64,000 nucleotides of DNA from Tagaea sp. (GTDB lineage: Bacteria; Pseudomonadota; Alphaproteobacteria; CACIAM-22H2): NCBI GenBank assembly GCA_041917215.1, contig JAYRYC010000011.1, positions 5,199-69,198 on the forward strand, written 5' to 3'. A program made the translations under genes and the position numbers. This document shows, piece after piece, positions 36,984-46,570 of this stretch. The stretch's first letter is position 1; every line of letters begins with the position of its first letter. Below the pieces are notes generated by a model that worked only from the letters and a program-made list of their open reading frames with translations, searched no databases and was not told where the DNA came from.

Positions 36984-38086
36984 TCGGTCCTGACGGCGGC
37001 GTCGGTTTCGCAAGAACCGCGGCGCTGCGCAAGGGCCGAATGTTTCGCCGGATCGAGGCGTTTGAGCGCCCAAGCCGCCATCGCGCGGACCAGCGGCGAC
37101 GGGTCTTCCGCCAATCGCTCGGCCGCCGGGACCAGCGACGCGGATCGCGAGTTCCCGATGGCGATCAGCACGTTGCGCACGAAGCGGTCGCGCCCCACGC
37201 GCTTGATCGGCGATCCGGCGAATTTCGCGCGGAACGCCGTATCGTCCAGCGCCGCCAGCTCGGCCAAGGCGGGCGCTTCCAAATCCACGCGCGATTTGAA
37301 TTCGCCGTGGCGGGTGGACGACGCGAATTTGTTCCACGGGCACACGGCCAAGCAATCGTCGCAGCCATAGATGCGATTGCCCATGGCCGCGCGGAACTCC
37401 GCGGCGATATGCCCTTTATGTTCGATCGTCAGATACGAAATGCAGCGCCGCGCATCCAAACGATAGGGCGCCGGAAACGCGTTGGTCGGGCAGATATCGA
37501 GGCAGCGCGAACAGCCACCGCAATGATCGGTCTCGGCCGCGTCGGTCTCGAGTTCGAGCGTCGTCAGCACCGTGCCGAGGAACAGCCACGAGCCGAAGCC
37601 GCGCGACACGAGATTGGTGTGCTTGCCCTGCCAACCCAATCCCGCCGCTTGCGCCAAAGGCTTTTCGAGCAGCGGTGCGGTGTCGACGAACACGCGCGCG
37701 TCGCCGCCCTGGCTTTCCACGAGCCAGCGCCCCAGCGCCTTCAAGCGGCGCTTGATCAAATCGTGATAATCCTTGTTGCGCGCATAGACGGAGATCGTGC
37801 CGGTTTCGGCGCGGCCCAGATCGTCGAGCGGATCGTGATCGGGCCCGTAATTGGCGCCGAGCACGATGGCCGAGCGCGCGGGTTCCCACATCGCTTTCGG
37901 GTCGGCGCGGCGCGTCGCATTCGCCGCCAGCCAGCCCATATCGCCGTGATGGCCCGCCGCCAGGAATTGCCGCAGGCCTTCGCGCGCTTGTACGCTGGAC
38001 GCGGCGCGCGCGAAGCCGACGGCTTCGAACCCGAGTTCGAGCGCCTTGGCGCGGATTTTGGCCGTCGGTTTATCCTGCGATTCCAT
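36968..38086 (-). CDS. queG: epoxyqueuosine reductase
   Basis: Start ATG 38086 ([20 protein letters not shown]..); two 4Fe-4S motifs ([29 protein letters not shown]); C-terminal HEAT-like region. Overlaps the queA start by 16 nt. Confidence 0.9.
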   Translation of the reverse strand: MESQDKPTAKIRAKALELGFEAVGFARAASSVQAREGLRQFLAAGHHGDMGWLAANATRRADPKAMWEPARSAIVLGANYGPDHDPLDDLGRAETGTISVYARNKDYHDLIKRRLKALGRWLVESQGGDARVFVDTAPLLEKPLAQAAGLGWQGKHTNLVSRGFGSWLFLGTVLTTLELETDAAETDHCGGCSRCLDICPTNAFPAPYRLDARRCISYLTIEHKGHIAAEFRAAMGNRIYGCDDCLAVCPWNKFASSTRHGEFKSRVDLEAPALAELAALDDTAFRAKFAGSPIKRVGRDRFVRNVLIAIGNSRSASLVPAAERLAEDPSPLVRAMAAWALKRLDPAKHSALAQRRGSCETDAAVRTEWDLV

Positions 38087-38170
38087 ATGGGTATACGGCG
38101 GCGGGGGATGCGTTCCGCCCGATTCTTGCATATTCTGGGGCGTCGTTGACCCCCCTCTTGGGAGCCTTGT

Positions 38171-39625
38171 TTGACCGACCCGATCCGTTTCCTGCTGGGC
38201 CGCAAGCCCGTGGAAGTGTCCGGCGTGGCGCCGACCACGACCGTGCTGGAATGGCTGCGCGGGGATGGCGGGCGTTGCGGCACCAAGGAAGGCTGCGCCG
38301 AGGGCGATTGCGGGGCCTGCACCGTGGTGCTGGTCGAACGCGACGCGGACGGCGCACTCCAATCGCGCTCGGTCAATTCCTGCATCCAGTTCCTGCCCAC
38401 GCTCGACGGCAAGCAATTGCTGACCGTCGAGGATTTGAAGGCGGCGGACGGAGCACTCCATCCCGTGCAAGCGGCGATGGTCGAAACGCATGGCGCGCAA
38501 TGCGGCTTCTGCACGCCCGGCTTCGTGATGACGCTCTATCATCTGCATCGCACCTATCAGGGACCGCTGCCGCCGAGCCGCGAAACGCTCGACCGCGCCT
38601 TGGGCGGCAATCTGTGCCGCTGCACGGGCTATCGCCCGATCCTGGACGCGGGCGTGAAAATGTTCGATATGCCCGCCGTCGCCGATCCGCGCGACGCGAA
38701 TGTCGGCGATCTGCTCGCCGCGTTGAAACACGATCACGGCTTCGCCTACGAAGCGGGGGAGAAGAAATTCTTCGCACCGCGCACGCTTGCCGAACTCGCT
38801 CGCGTGATGGCAGCGAACCCGAGCGCGCGGTTGCTGTCCGGCGGCACCGATCTAGGCCTGGAAGTCACCAAGGCGCATCGCGATTTCTCGATCCTTGTGT
38901 CGCTCAACGAAATCGCCGAGCTGAAGCGTATTGCGCGCACGGCGACGCATCTCGAGTTGGGCGCGGGCCTCACCTGGACGCAAGCGATGGCGCCGCTGGT
39001 CGCGACGTTCCCCGCACTCGACGAACTTCTCGCGCGCTTCGCCGGCCCGCCGGTGCGCAATGCCGGCACGATCGGCGGCAATATCGCCAATGCTTCGCCC
39101 ATCGGCGATTCGCCGCCGATGTTCCTCGCCCTCGACGCCGAGCTCGAATTGTTCGGAACCAAGGGCAAGCGGCTTTTGAAGCTCGCCGATTTCTTCCTCG
39201 ATTATCGCAAAACGGCGCTGATGCCGGGCGAGATCGTGGCGGGCGTGCGCGTGCCGCTGCCCCGTGCGGAAGCCAAGCTCGCGGCCTATAAGGTCTCCAA
39301 GCGTTTCGACGACGATATCTCGGCCGTGTGCGGCGTGTTCGCGCTCGATCTCGACGGCGATGTCGTGAAGGCCGCGCGCCTTGCCTATGGCGGCATGGCG
39401 GCGATCCCCAAGCGCGCCGCGAAGGCCGAGGCCGCGTTGATCGGCCAGAAATGGACTCTCGACGCCGCCCATGCGGCGGCCGCCGCGATCGCGCAGGATT
39501 TCGCCCCGCTCAGCGATATGCGCGCTTCGGCCGAATATCGCGCCAAGGTCGCGGCGAATTTGATCGTGCGGTTCTGGCACGAAACGTCGGGCAGCGCCGC
39601 CACGCGGGTGGTGCGCTATGGCTGA
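38171..39625 (+). CDS. xdhA: xanthine dehydrogenase small subunit (2Fe-2S + FAD-binding)
   Basis: TTG start 38171 with GGGAG 7 nt upstream; [12 protein letters not shown] and CRCTGYRPI iron-sulfur motifs, then the FAD-binding domain ([11 protein letters not shown]). Confidence 0.9.
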   Translation: MTDPIRFLLGRKPVEVSGVAPTTTVLEWLRGDGGRCGTKEGCAEGDCGACTVVLVERDADGALQSRSVNSCIQFLPTLDGKQLLTVEDLKAADGALHPVQAAMVETHGAQCGFCTPGFVMTLYHLHRTYQGPLPPSRETLDRALGGNLCRCTGYRPILDAGVKMFDMPAVADPRDANVGDLLAALKHDHGFAYEAGEKKFFAPRTLAELARVMAANPSARLLSGGTDLGLEVTKAHRDFSILVSLNEIAELKRIARTATHLELGAGLTWTQAMAPLVATFPALDELLARFAGPPVRNAGTIGGNIANASPIGDSPPMFLALDAELELFGTKGKRLLKLADFFLDYRKTALMPGEIVAGVRVPLPRAEAKLAAYKVSKRFDDDISAVCGVFALDLDGDVVKAARLAYGGMAAIPKRAAKAEAALIGQKWTLDAAHAAAAAIAQDFAPLSDMRASAEYRAKVAANLIVRFWHETSGSAATRVVRYG

Positions 39626-41945
39626 GCGCTACGCCCCCGCAATCGCCGAACCGACCTTCGACCCGATCGGCAAATCGGCGAAGCACGACAGCGCGAAGCT
39701 GCATGTGGCGGGCGAAGCCGTCTATGTCGACGACGTGCCCATGCCCAAGGGCGGGCTCGAAACCTATTGCCTGCTCTCATCCAAGGCGCATGCGAAGATC
39801 GTTTCGATCGATCTAAGCGACGTGCTGATCTCGCCCGGCGTGCATGCGGCGATCTGCTGGAAGGACATTCCCGGCCGCAACGATGTCGGCCCGATCTTCC
39901 CGAACGAGCCGATCCTGGCGAACGGCGTGGTCGAATATATCGGCCAGCCCATCGTCGCCATCGCGGCCGACAATGTGAAGCTCGCGCGCGCGGCGGCCAA
40001 GAAGGCGAAGATCGTCTACGAGGACTTGCCCGCGATCCTGACCATCGACGACGCGATGGCGCAGAAGGCTTACGTCGCCCCGCCCTATAAGATGGAGCGC
40101 GGCGACGTGGAAGTTGGTTTGGCGAAAGCGCCGCATCGTTTGAAGGGCGAATTCGCCAACGGCGCGCAGGACCATTTCTATCTCGAAGGCCATATCGCAC
40201 TCGCCTATCCGCTCGAAGACGGCCAGATGCGCGTGTTGTCGTCGTCGCAGCACCCGTCCGAGGTGCAGAAAATGGTCGCGGGATGTTTGAACCTGTCCGC
40301 GAACCAAGTGACCGTCGAAATGCGCCGCATGGGCGGCGGCTTCGGCGGCAAGGAAACCCAGCCCGCGATTTTCGCCTGCATCGCATCGCTGCTCGCCCGG
40401 CGCACGGGACACGCGGTCAAATATCGCGTCGACCGCGACGACGATTTCATGATCTCGGGCAAACGCCACGATTTCCGCGTGCGCTACGAGGTCGGCTTCG
40501 ACGACGCCGGGAATTTGCTGGCGCTGGATATCGAATACGCGGCGCGCGCGGGCCATGTCGCCGATCTGTCGACGTCGATCGTCGACCGCGCGCTGTTCCA
40601 CACGACCAACACCTATTTCATCCCCGCCGTGCGTGCGACCGGCTATCCGTGCAAGACGCATACGCAATCCAACACGGCGTTTCGCGGCTTCGGCGGTCCG
40701 CAAGGCATTCTGGCGGCGGAACACATCATCGACCGCGTGGCGCGCCATCGCGGCCTCGACCCGCTGGCCGTGCGGCAACGGAATTTCTATGGCCCCGCCC
40801 CGCGTGCGCAGACGCATTTCGGTCAAACGGTCGAGGATTTCGTCGCCGACAAGATCGTCGCCGATCTGGCGAAGGACGTGGATTACGATGCACGCCGCAA
40901 AGCGATCGACGCGTTCAACGCCGCGAACCCGATCCTGAAAAAGGGCATGGCGCTGTGCGCCATCCAGTTCGGCATTTCCTTCACCGCGATCCAATTTAAC
41001 CAAGCCGGCGCGCTGGTGCATGTCTATAACGACGGCTCGATCTCGCTGAACCATGGCGGCACCGAAATGGGCCAGGGTCTGCACATCAAGATCGCGCAGA
41101 TCGTCGCCCATGAATTCGGCGTGGCGCTGGAGCGCGTGCGAATCACCGCGACCGACACCGGCAAAGTGCCGAACACCTCGGCCACCGCCGCGTCGGCGGG
41201 GTCCGACCTCAACGGCCAAGCGGCCAAGCGCGCGGCGGCCGAGATCAAGCAGCGCCTCGCGCAATTCGTCGCCGGGCTCTACGGCGTGTCGGAAGCCGAC
41301 GTGACCTTCGCCAACGGCGAGGTCCGCGCCGCCGGCAAGTCGATGAAGTTCGAAGAAGCCGTGTGGCGCGCCTATAACGCGCGCGTGTCGCTGTCGGCGA
41401 CCGGCTTCTACGCCACGCCCAAGATCCATTGGGACCGCGCCAAGGCCTGGGGCCGCCCGTTCTTCTATTTCGCCTACGGCGCCGCCTATTGCGAAGCGAC
41501 GATCGACACGCTGACCGGCGAATACAAAATCGACCGCGCCGAGATTCTGCACGACACCGGCCGGTCGCTGAATCCGGCCGTCGATCTGGGCCAGGTCGAA
41601 GGCGGCTTCATCCAAGGCATGGGCTGGGTGACGAGCGAAGAGATCTGGTTCGACAAGACCGGCCGCCTGCGCACCCACGCGCCCTCGACATATAAAATTC
41701 CGATCGCGCGCGATATGCCCACGCAATTCCGCGCGCGGCTGTGGGCGCCCGCCGAAAACGTCGAGGAGACGGTCCATAAATCCAAGGCCGTCGGCGAACC
41801 GCCGCTCACGCTCGCCGCCGCCCCGTTCCTCGCGTTGCAGGATGCGTGCGCGGCGGCCGTGCCCGGCACCTATCCGTTGCTTGTCGCCCCGGCGACGCCC
41901 GAGCGCGTGCTGAGCGCGATCGACGCGGCGAAGGCGGGCGCATGA
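39618..41945 (+). CDS. xdhB: xanthine dehydrogenase molybdopterin-binding subunit
   Basis: 775 aa; GEAVYVDD, RRMGGGFGGKE and GQGLHIKIAQIVA motifs of the aldehyde oxidase/xanthine dehydrogenase family. Overlaps xdhA by 8 nt. Confidence 0.95.
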   Translation: MAERYAPAIAEPTFDPIGKSAKHDSAKLHVAGEAVYVDDVPMPKGGLETYCLLSSKAHAKIVSIDLSDVLISPGVHAAICWKDIPGRNDVGPIFPNEPILANGVVEYIGQPIVAIAADNVKLARAAAKKAKIVYEDLPAILTIDDAMAQKAYVAPPYKMERGDVEVGLAKAPHRLKGEFANGAQDHFYLEGHIALAYPLEDGQMRVLSSSQHPSEVQKMVAGCLNLSANQVTVEMRRMGGGFGGKETQPAIFACIASLLARRTGHAVKYRVDRDDDFMISGKRHDFRVRYEVGFDDAGNLLALDIEYAARAGHVADLSTSIVDRALFHTTNTYFIPAVRATGYPCKTHTQSNTAFRGFGGPQGILAAEHIIDRVARHRGLDPLAVRQRNFYGPAPRAQTHFGQTVEDFVADKIVADLAKDVDYDARRKAIDAFNAANPILKKGMALCAIQFGISFTAIQFNQAGALVHVYNDGSISLNHGGTEMGQGLHIKIAQIVAHEFGVALERVRITATDTGKVPNTSATAASAGSDLNGQAAKRAAAEIKQRLAQFVAGLYGVSEADVTFANGEVRAAGKSMKFEEAVWRAYNARVSLSATGFYATPKIHWDRAKAWGRPFFYFAYGAAYCEATIDTLTGEYKIDRAEILHDTGRSLNPAVDLGQVEGGFIQGMGWVTSEEIWFDKTGRLRTHAPSTYKIPIARDMPTQFRARLWAPAENVEETVHKSKAVGEPPLTLAAAPFLALQDACAAAVPGTYPLLVAPATPERVLSAIDAAKAGA

Positions 41946-42745
41946 CCGGCGAATTCCTGCCGCTGCCGTCGGAAGATTGGCTTGGCGCATTGACGCGCCA
42001 CCGCCAGGCGGGCACGGCTTGCGCGCTGGTCACGGTGTTGACGGCCGAAGGCTCGTCCCCGCGCGAGGCCGGCACCAAAATGCTGGTCGATGCGCAAGGC
42101 CAGATCGGCTCGATCGGCGGCGGGCATTTGGAGATGAAGGCGATCGAGATCGCGCGTGATCTGATCGAGAAGCGCGCGAGTGCCCCGCATGTCGAACGTT
42201 TCGCGCTCGGGCCCAAGCTCGGCCAATGCTGCGGCGGGGCCGTCACGTTGTTGATCGAGCCGTTCGCGGCACCCGAGTTCCAGGTGTGGATTTTCGGCGC
42301 GGGCCATGTCGGCAAGGCGCTGGTGCATCACTTGGCGGGACTGCCCTGGCGGGTGACGCTGGTCGATTCAAGGCCCGAGCAATTCCCCGCCTTGCTGCCC
42401 GCAAACGCGACGCGCCGCGTCGAAGAATTCGCCGAAGACGCCGCGAAGGACGTGCCGCCCGGCGCTGCGGCGCTGGTGATGACGCATAGCCACGATCTCG
42501 ATCTCGCGATCGTGGAGCGCCTATTGAAGCGCGGCGATCTCTCGTTCGTCGGTTTGATCGGGTCGGCCAGCAAGCGCGCAAGATTCGAAGCGCGCCTCGC
42601 GGCCAAGGAGATCGATCCCTCGTCCCTCGTCTGCCCGATCGGCGACGCAGGAATCGCGGACAAACATCCGCATGCGATCGCCATCGCGGCGGCGGCACAG
42701 CTTCTCCGCGTGCACGCCGCCGCGACGCGATTGGTCGCGGTTTAG
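41942..42745 (+). CDS. xdhC: xanthine dehydrogenase accessory protein XdhC
   Basis: Start ATG 41942 (ATGA overlap with the xdhB stop): MTGEFLPLPSEDW...GSIGGGHLE...IFGAGHVGKAL.. (XdhC/CoxI fold). Confidence 0.85.
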   Translation: MTGEFLPLPSEDWLGALTRHRQAGTACALVTVLTAEGSSPREAGTKMLVDAQGQIGSIGGGHLEMKAIEIARDLIEKRASAPHVERFALGPKLGQCCGGAVTLLIEPFAAPEFQVWIFGAGHVGKALVHHLAGLPWRVTLVDSRPEQFPALLPANATRRVEEFAEDAAKDVPPGAAALVMTHSHDLDLAIVERLLKRGDLSFVGLIGSASKRARFEARLAAKEIDPSSLVCPIGDAGIADKHPHAIAIAAAAQLLRVHAAATRLVAV

Positions 42746-43089
42746 ATCGCCGCGATCACGGCGATTTCGACCCAGTATTGCGGCCCGGCGAGGTTCGCCT
42801 GCACGGTCGCGCGCGCGGGCGTGTTGCCCTGGCTCACCCAGCCGTCCCACACCGAATTCATATCGGCGAAGTGGCGGATATCCGGCAGATAGATCGTCGC
42901 CGACAGCAGCTTCGTCTTGTCGCTGCCGGCGGCCGCGAGCAATTCGTCGATCTGCGCCAGGATCTGCTGGGTCTGCTTCTTCACGTCGGGCACGGGATCG
43001 GCCGCCACTTGGCCCGCGACATAGACGGTCGAGCCGTGGACGACGGCCTGGCTCATACGGGCGCCCGGCTTGATGCGCTGGATGGTCAT
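42742..43089 (-). CDS. RidA/YjgF family protein
   Basis: 115 aa; VYVAGQVA... and ...PARATVQA..L......VEI..IA typical of the endoribonuclease L-PSP/RidA fold. Confidence 0.85.
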   Translation of the reverse strand: MTIQRIKPGARMSQAVVHGSTVYVAGQVAADPVPDVKKQTQQILAQIDELLAAAGSDKTKLLSATIYLPDIRHFADMNSVWDGWVSQGNTPARATVQANLAGPQYWVEIAVIAAI

Positions 43090-43113
43090 TCTTTTGTTCT
43101 CCCAAACGGATTA

Positions 43114-43141
43114 GGGCCGCGACCTTCGCAAGTCGCGGCCC
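43114..43141 (-). terminator. perfect 10-bp GC hairpin between the ABC permease gene and the RidA gene
   Basis: gggccgcgac-cttcgcaa-gtcgcggccc. On the minus strand it is followed by a weak U tract only (UAAUCCGUUUGG). Confidence 0.4.
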
Positions 43142-43169
43142 CGAAATCCAGCCTTTTGGAAGAAGGGAC

Positions 43170-43940
43170 TTAGGTACCTTCCTGGCCGCGCGTCGCCCAG
43201 CCGGTGAAGTGCTGTTCGAGCGCCACGGTGACGCCGTACATGATGACGCCCATCACCGCGATGACCATCAGCCCGGCGAAGACGAGCGGCACGTCGAAGC
43301 GCGACGACGCGGCGATCATCAGGTAGCCAATACCTTCGTTCGACGCGACCGTTTCGGCGACGACGGAGCCGACGAAAGCGAGCGTGATCGCGACCTTCAG
43401 CGAGGCGAAGAAATAGGGCAGCGAGCGCGGAATGCCGACCTTCCAAAGAATTTGGAGTTTGCGCGCGCCCAGCGAGCGCATCACGTCGCGCATTTCGGGT
43501 TCGATCGTCGCGAGGCCCGTGGCGACGTTCACCGCGATCGGCAGGAAGGCGATCATGAACGCCGTCAGCACGGCGGGCACGGCGCCGATGCCGAACCAGA
43601 TGACCAGCACGGGCACGACCGCGACTTTGGGCACCGAGTTGAAGCCGATCAGCACCGGATAGACGCCGGCATAAACGACGCGCGACGCGCCGATGGCGAG
43701 GCCCAGGAACAAGCCGACGACGACCGCGATGGCGAAACCGCCCATCGTGGTGGCGAGGGTGAAAGCCGCGTTGCTCCAGATCGGGCCCCAGCGCAGGATC
43801 AGCGTCGACCAGATCACCGACGGGCGCGGCAGGATGAAGGGCGGAATGTTGAAGGCGACGCACGCCATTTCCCAGAACAGGAACAGGCCGACCACGGTGG
43901 CGATCGGCGTGACGTAGACGATCATTTTGTCGCGATTCAT
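43170..43940 (-). CDS. ABC transporter permease, NitT/TauT (nitrate/sulfonate/bicarbonate) family
   Basis: Start ATG 43940: MNRDKMIVYVTPIATVVGLFLFWE...; EAA-type loop MRSLGARKLQILWKVGIPRSLPY. No ATPase or binding-protein gene is adjacent. Confidence 0.85.
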   Translation of the reverse strand: MNRDKMIVYVTPIATVVGLFLFWEMACVAFNIPPFILPRPSVIWSTLILRWGPIWSNAAFTLATTMGGFAIAVVVGLFLGLAIGASRVVYAGVYPVLIGFNSVPKVAVVPVLVIWFGIGAVPAVLTAFMIAFLPIAVNVATGLATIEPEMRDVMRSLGARKLQILWKVGIPRSLPYFFASLKVAITLAFVGSVVAETVASNEGIGYLMIAASSRFDVPLVFAGLMVIAVMGVIMYGVTVALEQHFTGWATRGQEGT

Positions 43941-44126
43941 GAGGGTCCGGACCTGCCTGGGTTGGTATCGTTGCCCGTGGTCTTGCAACCGTCATTCCAG
44001 CAATTGAATACAATCAAGCCATTGATTTTATTGAGGGTGAATATGCCTCTGCTCATTTTTTGGGCTGATTGCCCGGCGGCGCCCAAGACTCTTGGAGGCC
44101 GCCCGCAAACGGGCTAGCAAGGCGAT

Positions 44127-45122
44127 ATGAGCCCAAGTTTGATCGCGATTCTCCTGGCCGGCCTTGCCGGTTACGCCGGTGCCGAGGCGATGGCGCGCTA
44201 TCGCGTGCTGGTCGACACGCCCAACGAACGCTCGTCGCACAAGCTGCCCACGCCGCGCGGCGGCGGCATCGGCTTGGTGATCGGCGCGCTGGCGGGCGGT
44301 GCCGTGATCGCTTCGCCCACACCCGAAATGGTCGGTCTGGCGATCGGGGCCGCCATCGCGGCGATCGCGGGGCTCGCCGACGATTGGCGCGCCCAGGGCC
44401 CCTTCGTCAAATTCGGCGCGCAATTCCTCGCGGCGTTCATCGCGATGGGCGCGGGCCTCGTGTTCGATCGTGTCGCCTTGCCGGTGTTCGGCGTCGTCGA
44501 GCTTGGGTTCGCGGGCACGGCGATCACGCTGCTGTGGTTCGTCGGCCTGACCAACGCCTACAACTTTATGGACGGGCTCGACGGTCTGGCCGGGGCGACC
44601 GGCACCGTCGCCGCGATCTTCCTGGGCCTCGCCGCGTTGATGATGGGCCTCGACGGCACGGCGAAACTCGCCTTCGTGCTGGCGGCCGCGTGTTTCGGTT
44701 TCCTGATCGTCAACAAGCCGCCCGCGCGCGTGTTCATGGGCGATGTCGGCTCGCAGTTCCTGGGCTTCGCCTTCGCGGGGCTTGGCGTGCTCGCCGCGCG
44801 CGACGATAGCAGCGGCCTCGCCTTCTGGCTGGTGCCGCTGCTGCTGCTGCATTTCCTGTTCGATACGATCTTCACCGCCGCGCGCCGCGCGATGGCGGGC
44901 GAGAACGTGCTCGCCGCCCACCGCACGCATCTCTATCAGCGCTTGAACCAAGCCGGGTTCGCGCATGGCCGCGTGGCGTTGTTCCTCGCAGCCATGGCGG
45001 CGATCCAGGGCAATGCGGCGCTGTGGCTGGGCCAAGCGCCATGGCCCGCCTTGCTCGCGCCCTTCCTGCTGCAGCTCGTCTACGCCTATTGGGTGACGGG
45101 CCGCAGCAAATCAGGCGTGTGA
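44127..45122 (+). CDS. glycosyltransferase family 4 (MraY/WecA-like polyprenyl-phosphate sugar-1-phosphate transferase)
   Basis: 331 aa, polytopic; NERSSHK, NAYNFMDGLDGLA and FMGDVGSQFLGF motifs. Confidence 0.85.
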   Translation: MSPSLIAILLAGLAGYAGAEAMARYRVLVDTPNERSSHKLPTPRGGGIGLVIGALAGGAVIASPTPEMVGLAIGAAIAAIAGLADDWRAQGPFVKFGAQFLAAFIAMGAGLVFDRVALPVFGVVELGFAGTAITLLWFVGLTNAYNFMDGLDGLAGATGTVAAIFLGLAALMMGLDGTAKLAFVLAAACFGFLIVNKPPARVFMGDVGSQFLGFAFAGLGVLAARDDSSGLAFWLVPLLLLHFLFDTIFTAARRAMAGENVLAAHRTHLYQRLNQAGFAHGRVALFLAAMAAIQGNAALWLGQAPWPALLAPFLLQLVYAYWVTGRSKSGV

Positions 45123-46520
45123 GGGGGCGAAGCCGATCGGGCGCATCTTCTCGACCTTCGCGGCCAAGGCGAGCATCTGTTCCTCGCGATGGCGGCGGGT
45201 GACGATCTGCAAACCGACCGGCAAGCGGTTGGCGTCGAGACCGGCGGGCACCGAGATCGCGGGCAAGCCCGCCATCGTGACCAAGAACGTCGCCGCGACC
45301 CAATCGATATAGGTCGTCATCTTCTTGCCCGCGATGACCTCCGGGTAGTTCTGTTCGACCGGGAACGGCGCCACCGGCGAACACGGGCAGCACACCGCGT
45401 CGTATTTGGCGAACACCTTCGTCCATTCGTCGACGAGCTTGGAGCGCGTGACTTCGCCCTGCGCCACGTCCTTAGGCCCTTGCGCCAGACCGCGACGGAT
45501 ATTGCCCGCAAGATTGGGGCCGAACTTGTCGACCAAGCCGATGCGGTCGAGATGCGCCGTCACCATCAATTGACCGCGCAATTGCAGGAACGCCTCGCGC
45601 GCGAAGGAAAGATCGAGATCGATCTCCTCGACTTTGGCGCCCCACGTGCCGATCTGATACGTCGCCGCGCGGCAGATCTCGTCGATCTCCGGCTCCACGC
45701 CGATCTTGGCGAAGTCGGAGATATAGGCGATGCGCAAACCTTCGACGCTTTTCGCCGGCGCGCCGGCGAAGTCGCGCCCGACGATCGGGAAGGTGCGCGG
45801 ATCGCGCGGATCCTCGCCCGCCAGCGCTTGCAGCATCAGCGCCGTATCGCCCACGTCGCGCGCCATCGGGCCCGTGACCGGCAGCATGTCGAAATAGCGC
45901 GTGGTGGGATAGGACGGCACGAGGCCCGGCGTGGGGCGCAAGCCGACGACGCCGCAGAACGACGCGGGCGTGCGCAACGAACCGCCGAGGTCGGAACCAT
46001 CGGCCAGCGCGATCATGCGCGAGGCCAACGCCGCCGCCCCGCCGCCGGTCGAGCCCGACGCGCTTTTGGAAAGGTCCCACGGGTTGCGCGTGGCGCCGAA
46101 CACGTCGTTGAACGTGTTCGCCCCGGCCGCGTATTCGGGCGTATTGGTCTTGCCGATGACGACCGCACCCGCCGCCTTCACGCGCAGCACGGTGGCGGCG
46201 TCTTCCTCGGGCACGAAATCGGCCTTGGTCGGCGAACCCCAGGTCGTGCGGATGCCGGCGGTCGGGTGCACGTCCTTGATGCCGACGGGCACGCCCGCGA
46301 GCAGGCCCGGGTCCTCGCCCGCGGCGACCTTCGCGTCGATCTCGGCCGCCCAACCGCGCGCCTTCTCCTCCGCCACGGTGCAGACAGCGTTGACCTTCGG
46401 GTTCTCCGCCGCGATCTGCGCCAGATGCGCTTCGAGAACTTGGGTCGCGGTAAGCTGCTTGCTGCGCACGCGATCGGCGATATCGCGGGCGGGAAGACGG
46501 ACGATCCAGGATTCGGTCAT
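45111..46520 (-). CDS. amidase (amidase-signature family)
   Basis: Start ATG 46520: MTESWIVRLPARDIA...; GVPVGIKD, GKTNTPEYA, GSTGGGAAALA and GSDLGGSLRTPA motifs (Ser-cisSer-Lys family). Confidence 0.85.
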   Translation of the reverse strand: MTESWIVRLPARDIADRVRSKQLTATQVLEAHLAQIAAENPKVNAVCTVAEEKARGWAAEIDAKVAAGEDPGLLAGVPVGIKDVHPTAGIRTTWGSPTKADFVPEEDAATVLRVKAAGAVVIGKTNTPEYAAGANTFNDVFGATRNPWDLSKSASGSTGGGAAALASRMIALADGSDLGGSLRTPASFCGVVGLRPTPGLVPSYPTTRYFDMLPVTGPMARDVGDTALMLQALAGEDPRDPRTFPIVGRDFAGAPAKSVEGLRIAYISDFAKIGVEPEIDEICRAATYQIGTWGAKVEEIDLDLSFAREAFLQLRGQLMVTAHLDRIGLVDKFGPNLAGNIRRGLAQGPKDVAQGEVTRSKLVDEWTKVFAKYDAVCCPCSPVAPFPVEQNYPEVIAGKKMTTYIDWVAATFLVTMAGLPAISVPAGLDANRLPVGLQIVTRRHREEQMLALAAKVEKMRPIGFAPSHA

Positions 46521-46570
46521 GTTCGGCTTTCTGGCTTGAAGCGGGTGACACGCTCCCCTACCGTCCGGGG

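Noticed and set aside
39813-41990. 725-aa ORF antisense to xdhB
   Set aside because: Shadow ORF. The sense frame carries the full molybdopterin-subunit motif set.
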